DNA of 64,000 nucleotides, from positions 2,016,001 to 2,080,000 of the forward strand of contig CP166615.1 of NCBI GenBank assembly GCA_041937175.2, in the 5' to 3' direction. Below, in pieces: positions 9,515 through 19,900 of the stretch (positions are counted from its first letter, which is position 1; each line of letters begins with the position of its first letter). The notes under the pieces are model-generated. The model saw nothing but the letters and a program-made list of their open reading frames with translations. It searched no databases and was not told where the DNA came from. Source of the stretch: Limnothrix sp. BL-A-16 (GTDB taxonomy: Bacteria > Cyanobacteriota > Cyanobacteriia > CACIAM-69d). The position numbers were made by a program, and so were the translations under genes.

Positions 9515-10204
9515 TTAAAACTGATAGCGATCCTGCTCAATCCAAAGGCTGTGGGCCACGGCCTGCCCATCAGCACCCACGCGAATTTCCACCACAAACG
9601 GTAAGGGGCGATTGGTGCGGGGACGCGCCCAGTTCATGCGGTTCACGCCATTGATTTGGTCATTAATTTGCTCCCGTTTGGATTCGTCCATGTAATAGGT
9701 TTCCAGGTTGTAACGGGGCATGGCGGCTATGACTTCACCCCGCAGGGCCACTTGGTTGACGGGCAGTTGGGCCGGGCGATCGGGACGAATGGCCACCGGT
9801 TGCCAGGGCTTGGGCCGATCGGGCGGTTGATTGGGGTCTTCGGTGGCGCTGTTGGTCGGCTGTTGCAGGATCAGGTAAAACTCCCGCCGTTCATAGGGCA
9901 ATTGCGGTTTTTGTTTTTGATCCCGATCGGTGGCGATGGTTTTCCAGCCGGGCAGCTTTTCCAAAACACTCACCTGGTTGATGTCGTAGCTGAGGGTTTG
10001 GGAATAGCCCCGCATCCAGTCGTAGGGATCCACCGGGCGGGTTTGCAACACCACAGCCCGCCCCCAGTAGTAGGTCATGGCCGCTTGGGCCGGAATTCCG
10101 ATCGCCAGGCCCAGTTGCAACAACATCGGAATCCAAAATCGCCAGCCGGCGGCCCTCGATGGGGAACTCTCTGGGTCGATCGGGGAAATCAAGTCTTGGG
10201 TCAT
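9515..10204 (-). CDS. GDYXXLXY-family membrane-anchored protein
   Basis: N-terminal TM, LQTRPVDPYDWMRGYSQTLSYDI signature, YNLETYYM. Lies directly downstream of a DUF2157 gene, as is typical for the family. Confidence 0.85.
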   Translation of the reverse strand: MTQDLISPIDPESSPSRAAGWRFWIPMLLQLGLAIGIPAQAAMTYYWGRAVVLQTRPVDPYDWMRGYSQTLSYDINQVSVLEKLPGWKTIATDRDQKQKPQLPYERREFYLILQQPTNSATEDPNQPPDRPKPWQPVAIRPDRPAQLPVNQVALRGEVIAAMPRYNLETYYMDESKREQINDQINGVNRMNWARPRTNRPLPFVVEIRVGADGQAVAHSLWIEQDRYQF

Positions 10205-10326
10205 GGTTCAGGCTTCCAAAATAAATGACAGGGAATTGCAGGGAATTAACGGGAACGGGGTTGTGATGAGCGCTGATCCGGCGGGTCGATCGGGATGAAT
10301 CACCAGCGATCGCAAGTCCCGATCGC

Positions 10327-11814
10327 TCACGATCGCGCTGTGGGGGAAGAATTCGACCCATTCAGCGTTTGCACCGATCGCTCAAACCACAGACCCGCCG
10401 CAATTACCCCAACACCACAGAGCACAAACACCAGCGCCTTCAGCAGCAAATCCGTGTTGTACTCCAGCATCCGCGTCCAAATATCCAGCACCAACAGCAA
10501 CAGCCCGCTCCAAAAGGCCAAGCGCCGGCCGTCCGATAACCCCTCGCGCACCAGACCTATGCCCAACAGGAACAGGCACACATTGGCCAGCAAGGTTCCC
10601 CAACTGGGCAAAGCCGCCACGTTGTAGTGCCAACCCAAAGTCAACCCCAACGACAACACCAGGGCCCAAAGCACCGCATCGGTGAGCCATTGATCGGCCC
10701 CCATGGCCCCACCGCGACCCCGCCGCGACCACATCAGCACCGCCGCCACCGCCGCCACGGCCACATCCACCGCCAGCCAAGGAACAAATTGCGCTGGGTC
10801 ATAGAGATTGCCATCGGTGCTGGAACCGCTTTGGCGACCGGAACCGTCCCAGAAAAACCAGAAGCTGGTGAAGTAAAACGTGCCCATCAGCCACAGAATG
10901 GTCAAATTTTGGGTGATGTTTTGAAAGTTCAGTGGCCTGGGGTCGATCGCCCCGCCGGGCACCAGCCAGTGGCGCAAAGTCCGAGGCAGCGGCAACCGCA
11001 ACCACCAGCGTTGCACGGCTGGCCAAAGCTGATCGCGATATCCCCAACCCAGGGCAAAGGGCAGCGCCAAAGATAACAGGCTGGCAACCCAAGGGTGCAT
11101 CAGGCTCCACCAGAAGTTGGTTTGCAAGCTTCCCAGCGTGAGCAACCAAGCCAAACCAAACAAAAAGCGCGATCGCGTCACATGGGCCAGGGGCAAAAAA
11201 GCCAGGGCACTCACCAAGGGCATATGCTCCGCCAACGCTCGCTGCCAACTGGGTTCCGGCTCCCACCAGTCATAGAGACCCGACCAATAGCCCACGATCG
11301 TCAAAATCAGCGCCAACAACCCCAGGGGCATCAGCCGCAGCCCGATCGCCATGGTCAACACACCGCCGCCCCAAATGAAGTAGAGGCTAGACAAGGGGCC
11401 GCCCTGGTGAAACATCTGGGCCGTTAGGGCCAAATTCGCCCCCAACAGCAATCCACCCAACAACAACAGGGCCTGGCCCAAGCGACGTTGCCCAACCAAA
11501 CGGGGCGTGGGCGATCGCCACAAATAAAAGCCCAAAGCTTGAACACCAACCAGGGCACTCAACAACACCCCCACCCGAAATGCCCGGGGCCATTGCTGCC
11601 AGTTGGCGGCCACGAAGGTGATCACCCCCAACCCCAACAACACCCCTCCCAAGCACAGCAGGATGGTTACGAAGCGGTTGCGGGCCCCCTGATCGAGGGT
11701 TCGGAACTGATAGCGATCGGCTAGGCGATCAAACTGTTCCGGTTGCAGCAGGCCATCGGTCACCCACTGGCGAGCCTCCTGGCGCAACTGATAACGAAAG
11801 CGCTCGGTAATCAC
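10327..11814 (-). CDS. DUF2157 predicted membrane protein
   Basis: LRQEARQWVTDGLL...LGGVLLGLGVITFVAANWQ...GANLALTAQMFH; multiple TM helices. Confidence 0.88.
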   Translation of the reverse strand: MITERFRYQLRQEARQWVTDGLLQPEQFDRLADRYQFRTLDQGARNRFVTILLCLGGVLLGLGVITFVAANWQQWPRAFRVGVLLSALVGVQALGFYLWRSPTPRLVGQRRLGQALLLLGGLLLGANLALTAQMFHQGGPLSSLYFIWGGGVLTMAIGLRLMPLGLLALILTIVGYWSGLYDWWEPEPSWQRALAEHMPLVSALAFLPLAHVTRSRFLFGLAWLLTLGSLQTNFWWSLMHPWVASLLSLALPFALGWGYRDQLWPAVQRWWLRLPLPRTLRHWLVPGGAIDPRPLNFQNITQNLTILWLMGTFYFTSFWFFWDGSGRQSGSSTDGNLYDPAQFVPWLAVDVAVAAVAAVLMWSRRGRGGAMGADQWLTDAVLWALVLSLGLTLGWHYNVAALPSWGTLLANVCLFLLGIGLVREGLSDGRRLAFWSGLLLLVLDIWTRMLEYNTDLLLKALVFVLCGVGVIAAGLWFERSVQTLNGSNSSPTARS

Positions 11815-12170
11815 GCGGTCAATCCTCCCCTAATTGCGGGCCAACGCGATCGACAGTCTCCCGACCTGTCCGAAGGGCATGATTCAACAACCATGACCGG
11901 GGACAGTGGGACAATTCTTAGCAACAAACGGTTCAGGAAACTTAGGGTTTAAGGGCTGGCAATCCCCGATGGGTCAATGTTCCCAGCCCGATCGCCCCGA
12001 TGGCATCCAATCTGGCATTTCTCGGGCCGATCGATCCATCCCCTGTGCCACCTGCCCCACGGGCCGACTTCAGTTCCAGTCCCAAATCCGTTGAGGGGCG
12101 ATCGGGAAGCTGCATTGATCAAGTTCGGTAAACACGAAACATTTTTAAAGTCAATTGATTGTAAATATTT

Positions 12171-12188
12171 TTTACGAAGTGTTATAGT
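12171..12188 (+). promoter_or_regulatory. Possible HLR1 (RpaB)-like direct repeat in AT-rich promoter
   Basis: TTTACGAA-gt-GTTATAGT versus consensus (G/T)TTACA(T/A)(T/A)-N2 repeat; 7/8 and 6/8 matches. Confidence 0.25.
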
Positions 12189-12263
12189 TGTTAACAACAA
12201 AGCCACCAAGCCTTAACCGCTTGTTGCTTCGTCCCCCTCCCTCCACCTTAAGGACTGTTTGTT

Positions 12264-12506
12264 ATGAAGACCGATCTAGACTTCTCCAATCCTTACCTGC
12301 TTGACTCCGTAGTCTTCCGCCCCGACTTCAACTCAACGGGCGAAGCCATCAACCTCAATCAAGCCTGGTCTCTGTTTTTTACAGCGGGGCGCGAAGATAA
12401 GGCCCTGGGTTTCAATGCCGAAACCGGACGCTTTTTCACCAATATTCTCTTCGCCCTGGCGGCCGCAGGGGCCCTGTGGGGTCTACTCTTTAGCAGCACC
12501 CTCTAA
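12264..12506 (+). CDS. Small hypothetical protein with C-terminal TM helix
   Basis: 80-aa ORF after an AT-rich promoter and AAGGA SD-like sequence; FRPDFN..NQAWSLFFTAG; hydrophobic C-terminus. Confidence 0.7.
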   Translation: MKTDLDFSNPYLLDSVVFRPDFNSTGEAINLNQAWSLFFTAGREDKALGFNAETGRFFTNILFALAAAGALWGLLFSSTL

Positions 12507-12636
12507 GAGGATGTCTGAAAAGCCAAAATCGATACTCTGCACGCCTCATCGATCGACGAAGACAAGGGGCTTAAGCCCCTTGCCCCGCGACTATTGGTGC
12601 TCTTCAAGTGCCTCAAGATACTTTTCAGACAGCCTC
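12507..12636 (-). mobile_element. MITE family A, copy 3 (130 bp)
   Basis: TIRs gaggatgtctgaaaag / cttttcagacagcctc. TAA duplicated (12504-12506 = stop codon of upstream ORF; 12637-12639). Palindrome at 12563-12582. Confidence 0.85.
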
Positions 12637-12712
12637 TAAGTGATGGCTGCTGAGCTTTTCCCGCCTCGAATCCCCAGCAGTTAACCTGCAATGAGAATCG
12701 TTAAAACCGACA

Positions 12713-12741
12713 AGAGCCGGGCCACAGTGTGGCCCGGCTCT
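12713..12741. terminator. GC-rich 13-bp stem-loop between convergent genes, probable terminator
   Basis: agagccgggccac-agt-gtggcccggctct, ~55 nt downstream of the ndhD1 stop. Confidence 0.6.
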
Positions 12742-12794
12742 AAATCTATGGAGAGCATCCTGCTGAGAGCGTGATTTGGCTCAGGAGTTGCCCC

Positions 12795-14384
12795 CTAGGG
12801 TTCCAGGGCGATCGCCGGAGCTGCCAACGGTTTTGCGCCCGGCATCAGCCCGATCGGCCGTGACTCTCGGCTCACCAGAGTCGGAACCGCATCCCGCAGC
12901 CGCGCCGTGAGTTGCACCGTCGTTGAGTCATAGATCTGAGTCAACAGCTTGGGATAGAAGCCAATGCCAATGATCGGAATTAGCAGGCAGGCGATGATGA
13001 ATACCTCACGCGGTTCCGCATCGATCAGCACCTCGTGGGACACCAATTCCTGGTTTTCCGGGCCGTAGAAGATTTCCCGCAGCATCGACAGCAGGTAAAC
13101 CGGCGTGAGAATTACCCCCACCGCCGCCAGGAAGACCACGATCACCTTAAAGGGCAGCGAATAGGCATCACTGTTGGCAAAACCCAGGAACACCGTTAGT
13201 TCTGCCACAAAGCCGCTCATCCCCGGCAAAGCCAGCGAGGCCAACGAGCAAGCCGTGAACATCGAGAAGATCTTGGGCATCTTTTGGCCCACGCCGCCCA
13301 TTTCGTCCAGCATCAGGGTGTGGGTGCGATCGTACGTGGCCCCCACCAGGAAAAACAGGCTCGCCCCAATCAGCCCGTGGGACACCATCTGCATCATCGC
13401 GCCGCTGATGCCCAAGTCCGTAAAGGAACCCAGACCGATCAGCACAAAGCCCATGTGGGAAATCGAGGAATAGGCGATTTTGCGCTTCAGGTTCCGTTGG
13501 GCAAAGGAGGTGAGCGCCGCATAGACAATGTTCACCACCCCCAAAATCACCAATACGGGCGCAAAGGTAGCATGGGCTTCCGGCAACATTCCGGCATTCA
13601 TCCGCACCAGGGCATAGCCACCCATTTTCAGCAGGATGCCCGCCAGCAGCATGTGAACTGGAGCCGTAGCCTCCCCGTGGGCATCGGGCAACCAGGTATG
13701 GAGGGGGAAAATCGGCAGTTTGACAGCGTAGGCAATCAAAAATCCGCCGTAGAGCAACAGTTGCAGTGTGTGGCCATAGGGTTTGAGGGCCAACTCGCGC
13801 ATATCAAAGGTGACCGTATCGCCGTAGAAGGCCATGGCCAGGGCGGCAACCAAGATAAATAGGGAGCCACCGGCGGTGTAAAGGATGAATTTGGTGGCGG
13901 CGTAGAGGCGTTTTTTGCCACCCCAAATCGATAGCAGCAGGTACACCGGAATCAGTTCCAGTTCCCACACCAGGAAGAACAGGAGCAAGTCCTGAACGGC
14001 AAAGACGGCGATTTGACCGCCATACATGGCCAGCAGCAGGAAGTAGAACAGTTTGGGCTTGAGGGTGACGGGCCAGGAGGCCAAGATGGCCAAGGTGGTG
14101 ATGAAGCCCGTCAGCAGGATCAGGGGCATGGAAAGGCCGTCTGCGCCCACTGACCATTTCAGGCCGAGTTCGGGAACCCAGGTGTAGCTTTCCACCAGTT
14201 GCAGTTCGGGGTTGCCGAAGTCGTACTGGGTACAAAAGGCATACACCAACAGGATGAAGTCAATGAGTCCTACTCCCAACGAAAACCAGCGTACGGTTTT
14301 GCCGTCTTTGTCGGGCAACAGGGGCACGATCAGGGCGGCGACGATGGGGAGGAGAATGGAGGTCGTCAGCCAGGGAAAGTTCAT
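12795..14384 (-). CDS. ndhD1: NAD(P)H-quinone oxidoreductase (NDH-1) subunit 4, NdhD1 type
   Basis: [78 protein letters not shown]. Confidence 0.95.
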   Translation of the reverse strand: MNFPWLTTSILLPIVAALIVPLLPDKDGKTVRWFSLGVGLIDFILLVYAFCTQYDFGNPELQLVESYTWVPELGLKWSVGADGLSMPLILLTGFITTLAILASWPVTLKPKLFYFLLLAMYGGQIAVFAVQDLLLFFLVWELELIPVYLLLSIWGGKKRLYAATKFILYTAGGSLFILVAALAMAFYGDTVTFDMRELALKPYGHTLQLLLYGGFLIAYAVKLPIFPLHTWLPDAHGEATAPVHMLLAGILLKMGGYALVRMNAGMLPEAHATFAPVLVILGVVNIVYAALTSFAQRNLKRKIAYSSISHMGFVLIGLGSFTDLGISGAMMQMVSHGLIGASLFFLVGATYDRTHTLMLDEMGGVGQKMPKIFSMFTACSLASLALPGMSGFVAELTVFLGFANSDAYSLPFKVIVVFLAAVGVILTPVYLLSMLREIFYGPENQELVSHEVLIDAEPREVFIIACLLIPIIGIGFYPKLLTQIYDSTTVQLTARLRDAVPTLVSRESRPIGLMPGAKPLAAPAIALEP

Positions 14385-14692
14385 AGGAAGTCTTGCGTCG
14401 CTAGGCGCGATCGCGACTTAGCAAAGCGTTAGTGGGTGCGTTACTCAAAGCGTTGAGTGGTGATGGTTTTAGCCATCTCTGCTGACAGTGTAAGCAATGG
14501 GATCGATCCCGTGGCGATCGCTTAATACTTTGGTTACAAAGCACTTTGAACTCTTTAAAGTTCCGTTGCAGTTTGTGGCTATTTCCTAATTTTTTGCTAT
14601 GCAGCTTTTGGCAGGAATTCCCCTTGCGGGCGCGATCGCCTTTGGAACTCATTAATTCTTAAGAATTGATCAAGATTAACGTTTGTCGATTA

Positions 14693-14835
14693 AGACCTGT
14701 TGTCATTTCCTGGGATCCAGTGGAAACAGTTGATCTTCCATGCCCTAACCACCCTAGACAAGGGGCTTAAGCCCCTTGTCCCCTACGATCCGCTAACGGT
14801 AGATCTAGGGTTTTGGGCTAAATGACGACACCCCC
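14693..14835 (+). mobile_element. MITE family B, copy 1 (~143 bp, TA-flanked)
   Basis: TA|agacctgttgtcattt ... aaatgacgacaccccc|TA; palindrome at 14759-14778; colinear with 37268-37409. Confidence 0.7.
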
Positions 14836-14999
14836 TACCCCCTGTCACTTAACCCTTGGTTGCTTCCTTCCCCTAGGCATTGTCGTAATCTGGAATTCTT
14901 GATCTTTAGATTGTTGAGATCTGAAGAATCGTGGGAATTGATGGGGATCCTGAAAAACGCCGAACTGGCGAGCCGCTGTGACCGATCGCCCCCCATGCC

Positions 15000-15443
15000 C
15001 TAGCGATCGGGGCGGGTGGGGGGCCGGCAGTTGGGATTGGGCAACAGAGCATCCCAAGTTTCGGCGGTCACTTCGCCGCTGGGATCCAGTTTTTGGGTTT
15101 CCTGAAAAAGACGAACAGCGTTGGCCAAGGCGGTGTCGTAGGTTCCGTCCGTGGGGCCTTGATAAAACCCCAGGAGCGCCAAAATGCCCTGAAGTCGGCG
15201 CACATCACTGCCACTGTCACCGGGGCCCAAGTTGGGCAAGGGTTCCCGCCGCGGCGGGCAGTTGGCCCAAGCGGGCCCCATGCCCAGGCTGAAACTGATA
15301 CCTAGGCCGATCGCGCCCAGGCTCAAGAGCATTCCCAGCCGGGTTAAGGCAATCACTTTTCGGGCCGATGCAGGATTTGGAGCCATGGCCAGCCTAGGGC
15401 AGTTGAAATGTTCGAGAATGGAAAGGAGGCGGTTCCAAGCCAT
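15000..15443 (-). CDS. Secreted peptidoglycan-binding protein (PG_binding_1 domain)
   Basis: Signal-like hydrophobic segment, then LGPGDSGSDVRRLQGILALLGFY..DGTY..AVRLFQ...SGEVTAETWDAL. Confidence 0.85.
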   Translation of the reverse strand: MAWNRLLSILEHFNCPRLAMAPNPASARKVIALTRLGMLLSLGAIGLGISFSLGMGPAWANCPPRREPLPNLGPGDSGSDVRRLQGILALLGFYQGPTDGTYDTALANAVRLFQETQKLDPSGEVTAETWDALLPNPNCRPPTRPDR

Positions 15444-15605
15444 AGGGCTAATTAACGGTTAGGCAATGGTTCAAGAACGAATTCTCAGCCGCACAGCGGA
15501 GAATCAAGGGTCAAGCTTGGACGGTTTTTTGCCATCCATCTTGAATTGGAGATCCCTTAGATTAGAGATTCGCTTGTCGCGCGATCGCGCTGGATTTGGC
15601 AAATC

Positions 15606-16484
15606 ATGAGTTGTGGCGATTGGCCCGTCAGTTTACACAGTCGATTTGAAGGGGCCCTCGTGGGAGGGTTGGTGGCTCTGCACCAGCTCGATCGAACCTG
15701 GGAGCGCGATCGGCGCAATTTGGACGCAGCTTTGCAAGGAACCCTCCAATTGTCAGAGATCGTTGGCGCACAGGCGGGCCCGGATCCGGGGCTGTTGGCT
15801 TTGGCCTCACTGGAGCCGCTGATGGCGGGGCCGGGCGATCAGTTGGGTTTGGCCCTGTTGCCGTTGCTGTTGCGCTGGTTCGATCGCCCCTTGGTGTTGC
15901 GCCAACTGTGGACTCAGGCGATGGATCAGCCTTTGCCCGAAGCGGTGATTTTGGGGGCGGAGGTGTTGGCTTGGGTGTTGGTGCATCCCAATGCTGCCAC
16001 CCTGGAATTCTCCCAGGGAAATCGGGACGCAACCGGGTTCCATCCTGCCGCCCATGCAGTCTCTCTTTCCCATCCCCTCTGGCCGTCGGTGGCCAACATT
16101 CTCAGCGATTGGCAGACGTTGGATCGATCGACCCTGGATTGGCCCCAGCGGTTGCGGGCGGCCACGCCGGAAACCTTGCCCATTTTGGTGGCGCTCCACA
16201 GCCTGCGATCGAGCGGTGGCCGCTGGGCCAGCAGCTTAGCCCGCAGCCAACAGCAATCGGCCAGCGCAGTTCTGTGGGCAGGGGTGTTGGTGGGTGCGGT
16301 GGGGGGCTGTGCGGCCATTCCGGCCGATGTGGGAGCGATTGTGCCCGATCGGCTGCTGACCCGCGCGATTCAGGGAGCGCAGATGTTGATCGATCGCTGG
16401 TCGGGTCGCTTGCCCCAATATCCCCTAACCGATTCGATCGCGGAGGGCGATCGCCTGATTACCCATTTCAGGGTTGGCCGCTGA
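15606..16484 (+). CDS. Divergent ADP-ribosylglycohydrolase-like protein
   Basis: N-terminal SRFEGALVG and C-terminal AGVLVGAVGGCAAIP resemble the ARH/DraG terminal motifs; the acidic catalytic motifs are not visible. Confidence 0.5.
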   Translation: MSCGDWPVSLHSRFEGALVGGLVALHQLDRTWERDRRNLDAALQGTLQLSEIVGAQAGPDPGLLALASLEPLMAGPGDQLGLALLPLLLRWFDRPLVLRQLWTQAMDQPLPEAVILGAEVLAWVLVHPNAATLEFSQGNRDATGFHPAAHAVSLSHPLWPSVANILSDWQTLDRSTLDWPQRLRAATPETLPILVALHSLRSSGGRWASSLARSQQQSASAVLWAGVLVGAVGGCAAIPADVGAIVPDRLLTRAIQGAQMLIDRWSGRLPQYPLTDSIAEGDRLITHFRVGR

Positions 16485-16947
16485 GCAATTGCGCCCCGCA
16501 AAATCCGCCACTGGGGACGATTCAGCCAAAATTACCGATAAAATGCCCTACGCTTCAATCAACTGAGATACTGCCAAGATGCTACCCAGATCCAGCCATG
16601 GGGCGATCGGGTGGTGGCTGGCCCCATTGCAGAATGGGGCCGGTGTTAACCCATTGCGCAATCTTTGCGAGAGCGCTACGACTGTGAAAATTGTCCAGCA
16701 ACGGGTTGGCCAGAGTGATGAATGAATCCCATGGGATCATGGCCAGTTCAGCCAACCGGTTGAAGTACCGACAGAGTCCCTGCAAGATGAACATGGAGAC
16801 GAGGCCCTTTTGGGATGACCTCCGATGGTTCTTCAGAATGGCATTGTTCAGCCCATTCTTTGGGTCAAATCAATTGGGTGGAACTGATTATGGTGACTTG
16901 GATTGCAATGGCTACTGGCGCAATCGGCGCAGGGTGTTAGGGGCAAA

Positions 16948-19900
16948 ATGAGAGCCTCCCAGATGTTGACCCCCGCCAATCCGATGGGGCGTGATGGGCA
17001 ACAGGCTGCCCCATCCCACACCGACTCCGAAGCCAGTGCGCAGGAACCGCCACCTCGCCAGGGTTCCCAAGAAAATGCGGAGGATACGGTGGAGCCAGTG
17101 GGCGGCCGATCGCCTGAGCCATTTCGCGACCCGTCCCCCGGCCGATCGCCCTTGGGGCCCAATTCTCGCAGCGTTTCCCCGCCTGGTTCAGTACCGCCAT
17201 TGCCGCCATTGCACCCCAGCCCATCGGCCCGGCGTGGATTTGGGCAGCTTTGGCCCGAGCGACTTTGCTGGCTGAACCGTCGGCTGAGTCCGCTGGTTCA
17301 ACGAGTAACGATCAACGGAGGAGTTGGGGTGATTCGCGGCGCTTGCCATAGTCTCTGTTGCCAAACCATGGGCCAACCCTATGTCCGGCGGGCCCGATCG
17401 ATTCGCCAGCGGGTGCAAACCATCCTGCTAGGCATTTTAGGGGCGGTTATCCTGACGGCCACCATGAGCCAGCCCTGGTTAAATCAACCGCGCTATGGCA
17501 TTGGATCGATCGCCCCGCAAGATATCGTTGCGCCCTACGATGCCCAAGTGGTGGATCAAGTCACCACGCGCAGTCGTCGAGAGGCGGCCCGCAATGGCAT
17601 TGTGCCCGCCCTGAAAATAGACTCCGATGCCACCCAACAATTAACGGCGGAATTGCAACGTCGGCTGGAACGCAGTGATGAATTGCGCCAGGTGGCTGGC
17701 CAGTTCCCCTATTGGTCATCAGCGGATCTGGCGAGCGACCTGCAACAGATTGCGCGATCGCTCAATGAAGCGGACTGGCAACAGGTGCTCCAGGCCTTGG
17801 GGAAATCATCCCCTCGCCCAACCCCGCTCCCCACGGGGCGATCGGAGGACTTTAGCTCCTTCAAACCCTCCCTGGCCTCCGGCAAAGTTCTGCCTATTTC
17901 GGCGGAACACCCCCTGGTAGTTGCCCTCAAAACCTACCAAATTCAGGCCAGTGAAGCGGCACTGCGAAAAGTGATCAGCGCCATTGAAAAGGCCCGCGAA
18001 CGCTATGCCATGGCCCAGACCGTGATGCAAGACTTTGGGCAGCAGGACTACACAGTGGATCTGTTTATCCTGACCGATACCCAATGGCAGGCCACCCGGG
18101 CCAAAACCTTGGTGGCCCTGGAAAACTTGCTGGTGCAGGGCCTCGCGCCCGGTTTGCCGCCAGAACTCGTTGAACGGGCGGTGCAACTCCATGTGGCGTT
18201 GGTGGTTCCCCTGGAAGGTCGGGCCCTGGCTCAGCAGCTCCTGCTGGGTACGATCGACCGCCCCACCCTCACGGAAGACCCAGACCGCACCCGCCGTTTG
18301 GCCGAACAGGCGGCGGAGGATGTGCCCCTTTCGATCGTGTCGCGGCGGATGGGTGAAACCATTGTGCGTCAGGGTGAGCGCATTGATGCGGGCCAATTTG
18401 CCTTGCTCGATCGCTATGGTCTCAGCTCTCGGAATGTGAACTGGGGCGCGATTCTGCGGTTGTTCCTGTTGGTCTCGGGAGCGATCGTCGCCTTTTGGCA
18501 AATTGAGCGCCGAGTCTATCACCGACTGCGCCAGCGAGACTGCTTCCTGTTGCTACTGCTGGCCATCAGCACCCCCCTGTTGATCAGCATGGGAGCCGCC
18601 TGGCCTTGGGCCAGCCCCACCATCCTGGCTAATCTGTCTGCCATTGGCCTGCTTAGCGGCAGTTTCTACGGTTCCCTGGTGGGGATGTCCCTGGTGGGGC
18701 TGTTGGCGCTGCTGTTGCCCCCCGGTTTGGAGGTGAGTTGGGTTGATGCCTTGATCGTGGCGGCGGGGGGATTGGTGGCCGCTGCCTGGGCGGGGCGGGC
18801 CCGATCGCGCGAAGACTTGGCTCTGTTGGGCGGTGGCGTGGCGATCGCCCAAGGGGGGCTATACCTGGTCATGAACCTGATCAACAGCGCCGCCGCTGAG
18901 TTTGTCTGGCTGACGGTGCTTGGTTCAGCGGCCCTGTGCGGGTTTGCGGGGCTGATTTGGGTGATCATCGCCATTGGCCTCAGTCCCTACCTGGAACATC
19001 TGTTTGATTTGGTGACCCCGATTCGCCTGGCGGAGTTGGCGAATCCCAATCGCCCCTTGTTGAAACAACTGGCGGCGGAAGCGCCGGGCACGTTTCAGCA
19101 CACCCTGTTTGTGGCGAGTTTGGCGGAAGCGGCTGCCCGATCGCTCGGTTGCAATGTGGAACTGGTGCGGGCCGGCACGCTCTATCACGACATCGGCAAG
19201 CTCCATAAGCCTCAGGCCTTCATCGAAAACCAGATGGGCGGCCCCAACCTCCATGATGAGCTGGCCGACCCTTGGTTGAGCGCGGAAATTGTCCGCAAGC
19301 ATGTGAGCGAAGGCTTGGTGATGGCGCGACGGGCCCGGCTGCCCAAAGCCATCCAAGCTTTTATTCCGGAACACCAAGGCACGATGCTGATCGCCTATTT
19401 CTATTACCAAGCCAAGCAGCAACAGGAACAGCGAGAGCAGCGGGCCAAGGTGGCCAATTTCGGGTTAGAGCAAACTCCTGTGGAGCGATTGAATCGATGC
19501 GATCGTCTAGATCAAGCAGGTCAAGCCAATCAAGCCCATCAACCCGATCGCGCCACAACCGCCATCGAAACAACCCAACAGGACAAGGCCCCCCAAGGGC
19601 GATCGATTTACCAAGCTTGCGCTTTGGATCAGCGTCCGGTGCTGGAAAGCCATTTCCGGTATCCGGGCCCGATTCCCCAGTCGCGGGAAACAGGAATTGT
19701 CATGCTGGCGGATTCCTGCGAAGCGGCCCTGCGATCGCTGGAAAATGCCACCTATGAGGAAGCCTTGGCGTTGGTCAATCGGATGCTGCGGGCCCGCTGG
19801 CAAGACAATCAGCTCGTTTGCTCGGGCCTGAGCCGGGAAGACCTGCGGGTGATTGCGGAAGTGTTCGTTACGGTTTGGCAGCAGTTTAACCACAAACGAA

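Noticed and set aside
12161..12175. NtcA box
   Set aside because: Spacing is GTA-N9-TAC, not the GTA-N8-TAC consensus.
12795..14835. ndhD1 separated from ndhF1 by a MITE-mediated rearrangement
   Set aside because: Stand-alone ndhD genes are common in cyanobacteria, and the family-B element has matching TA flanks.
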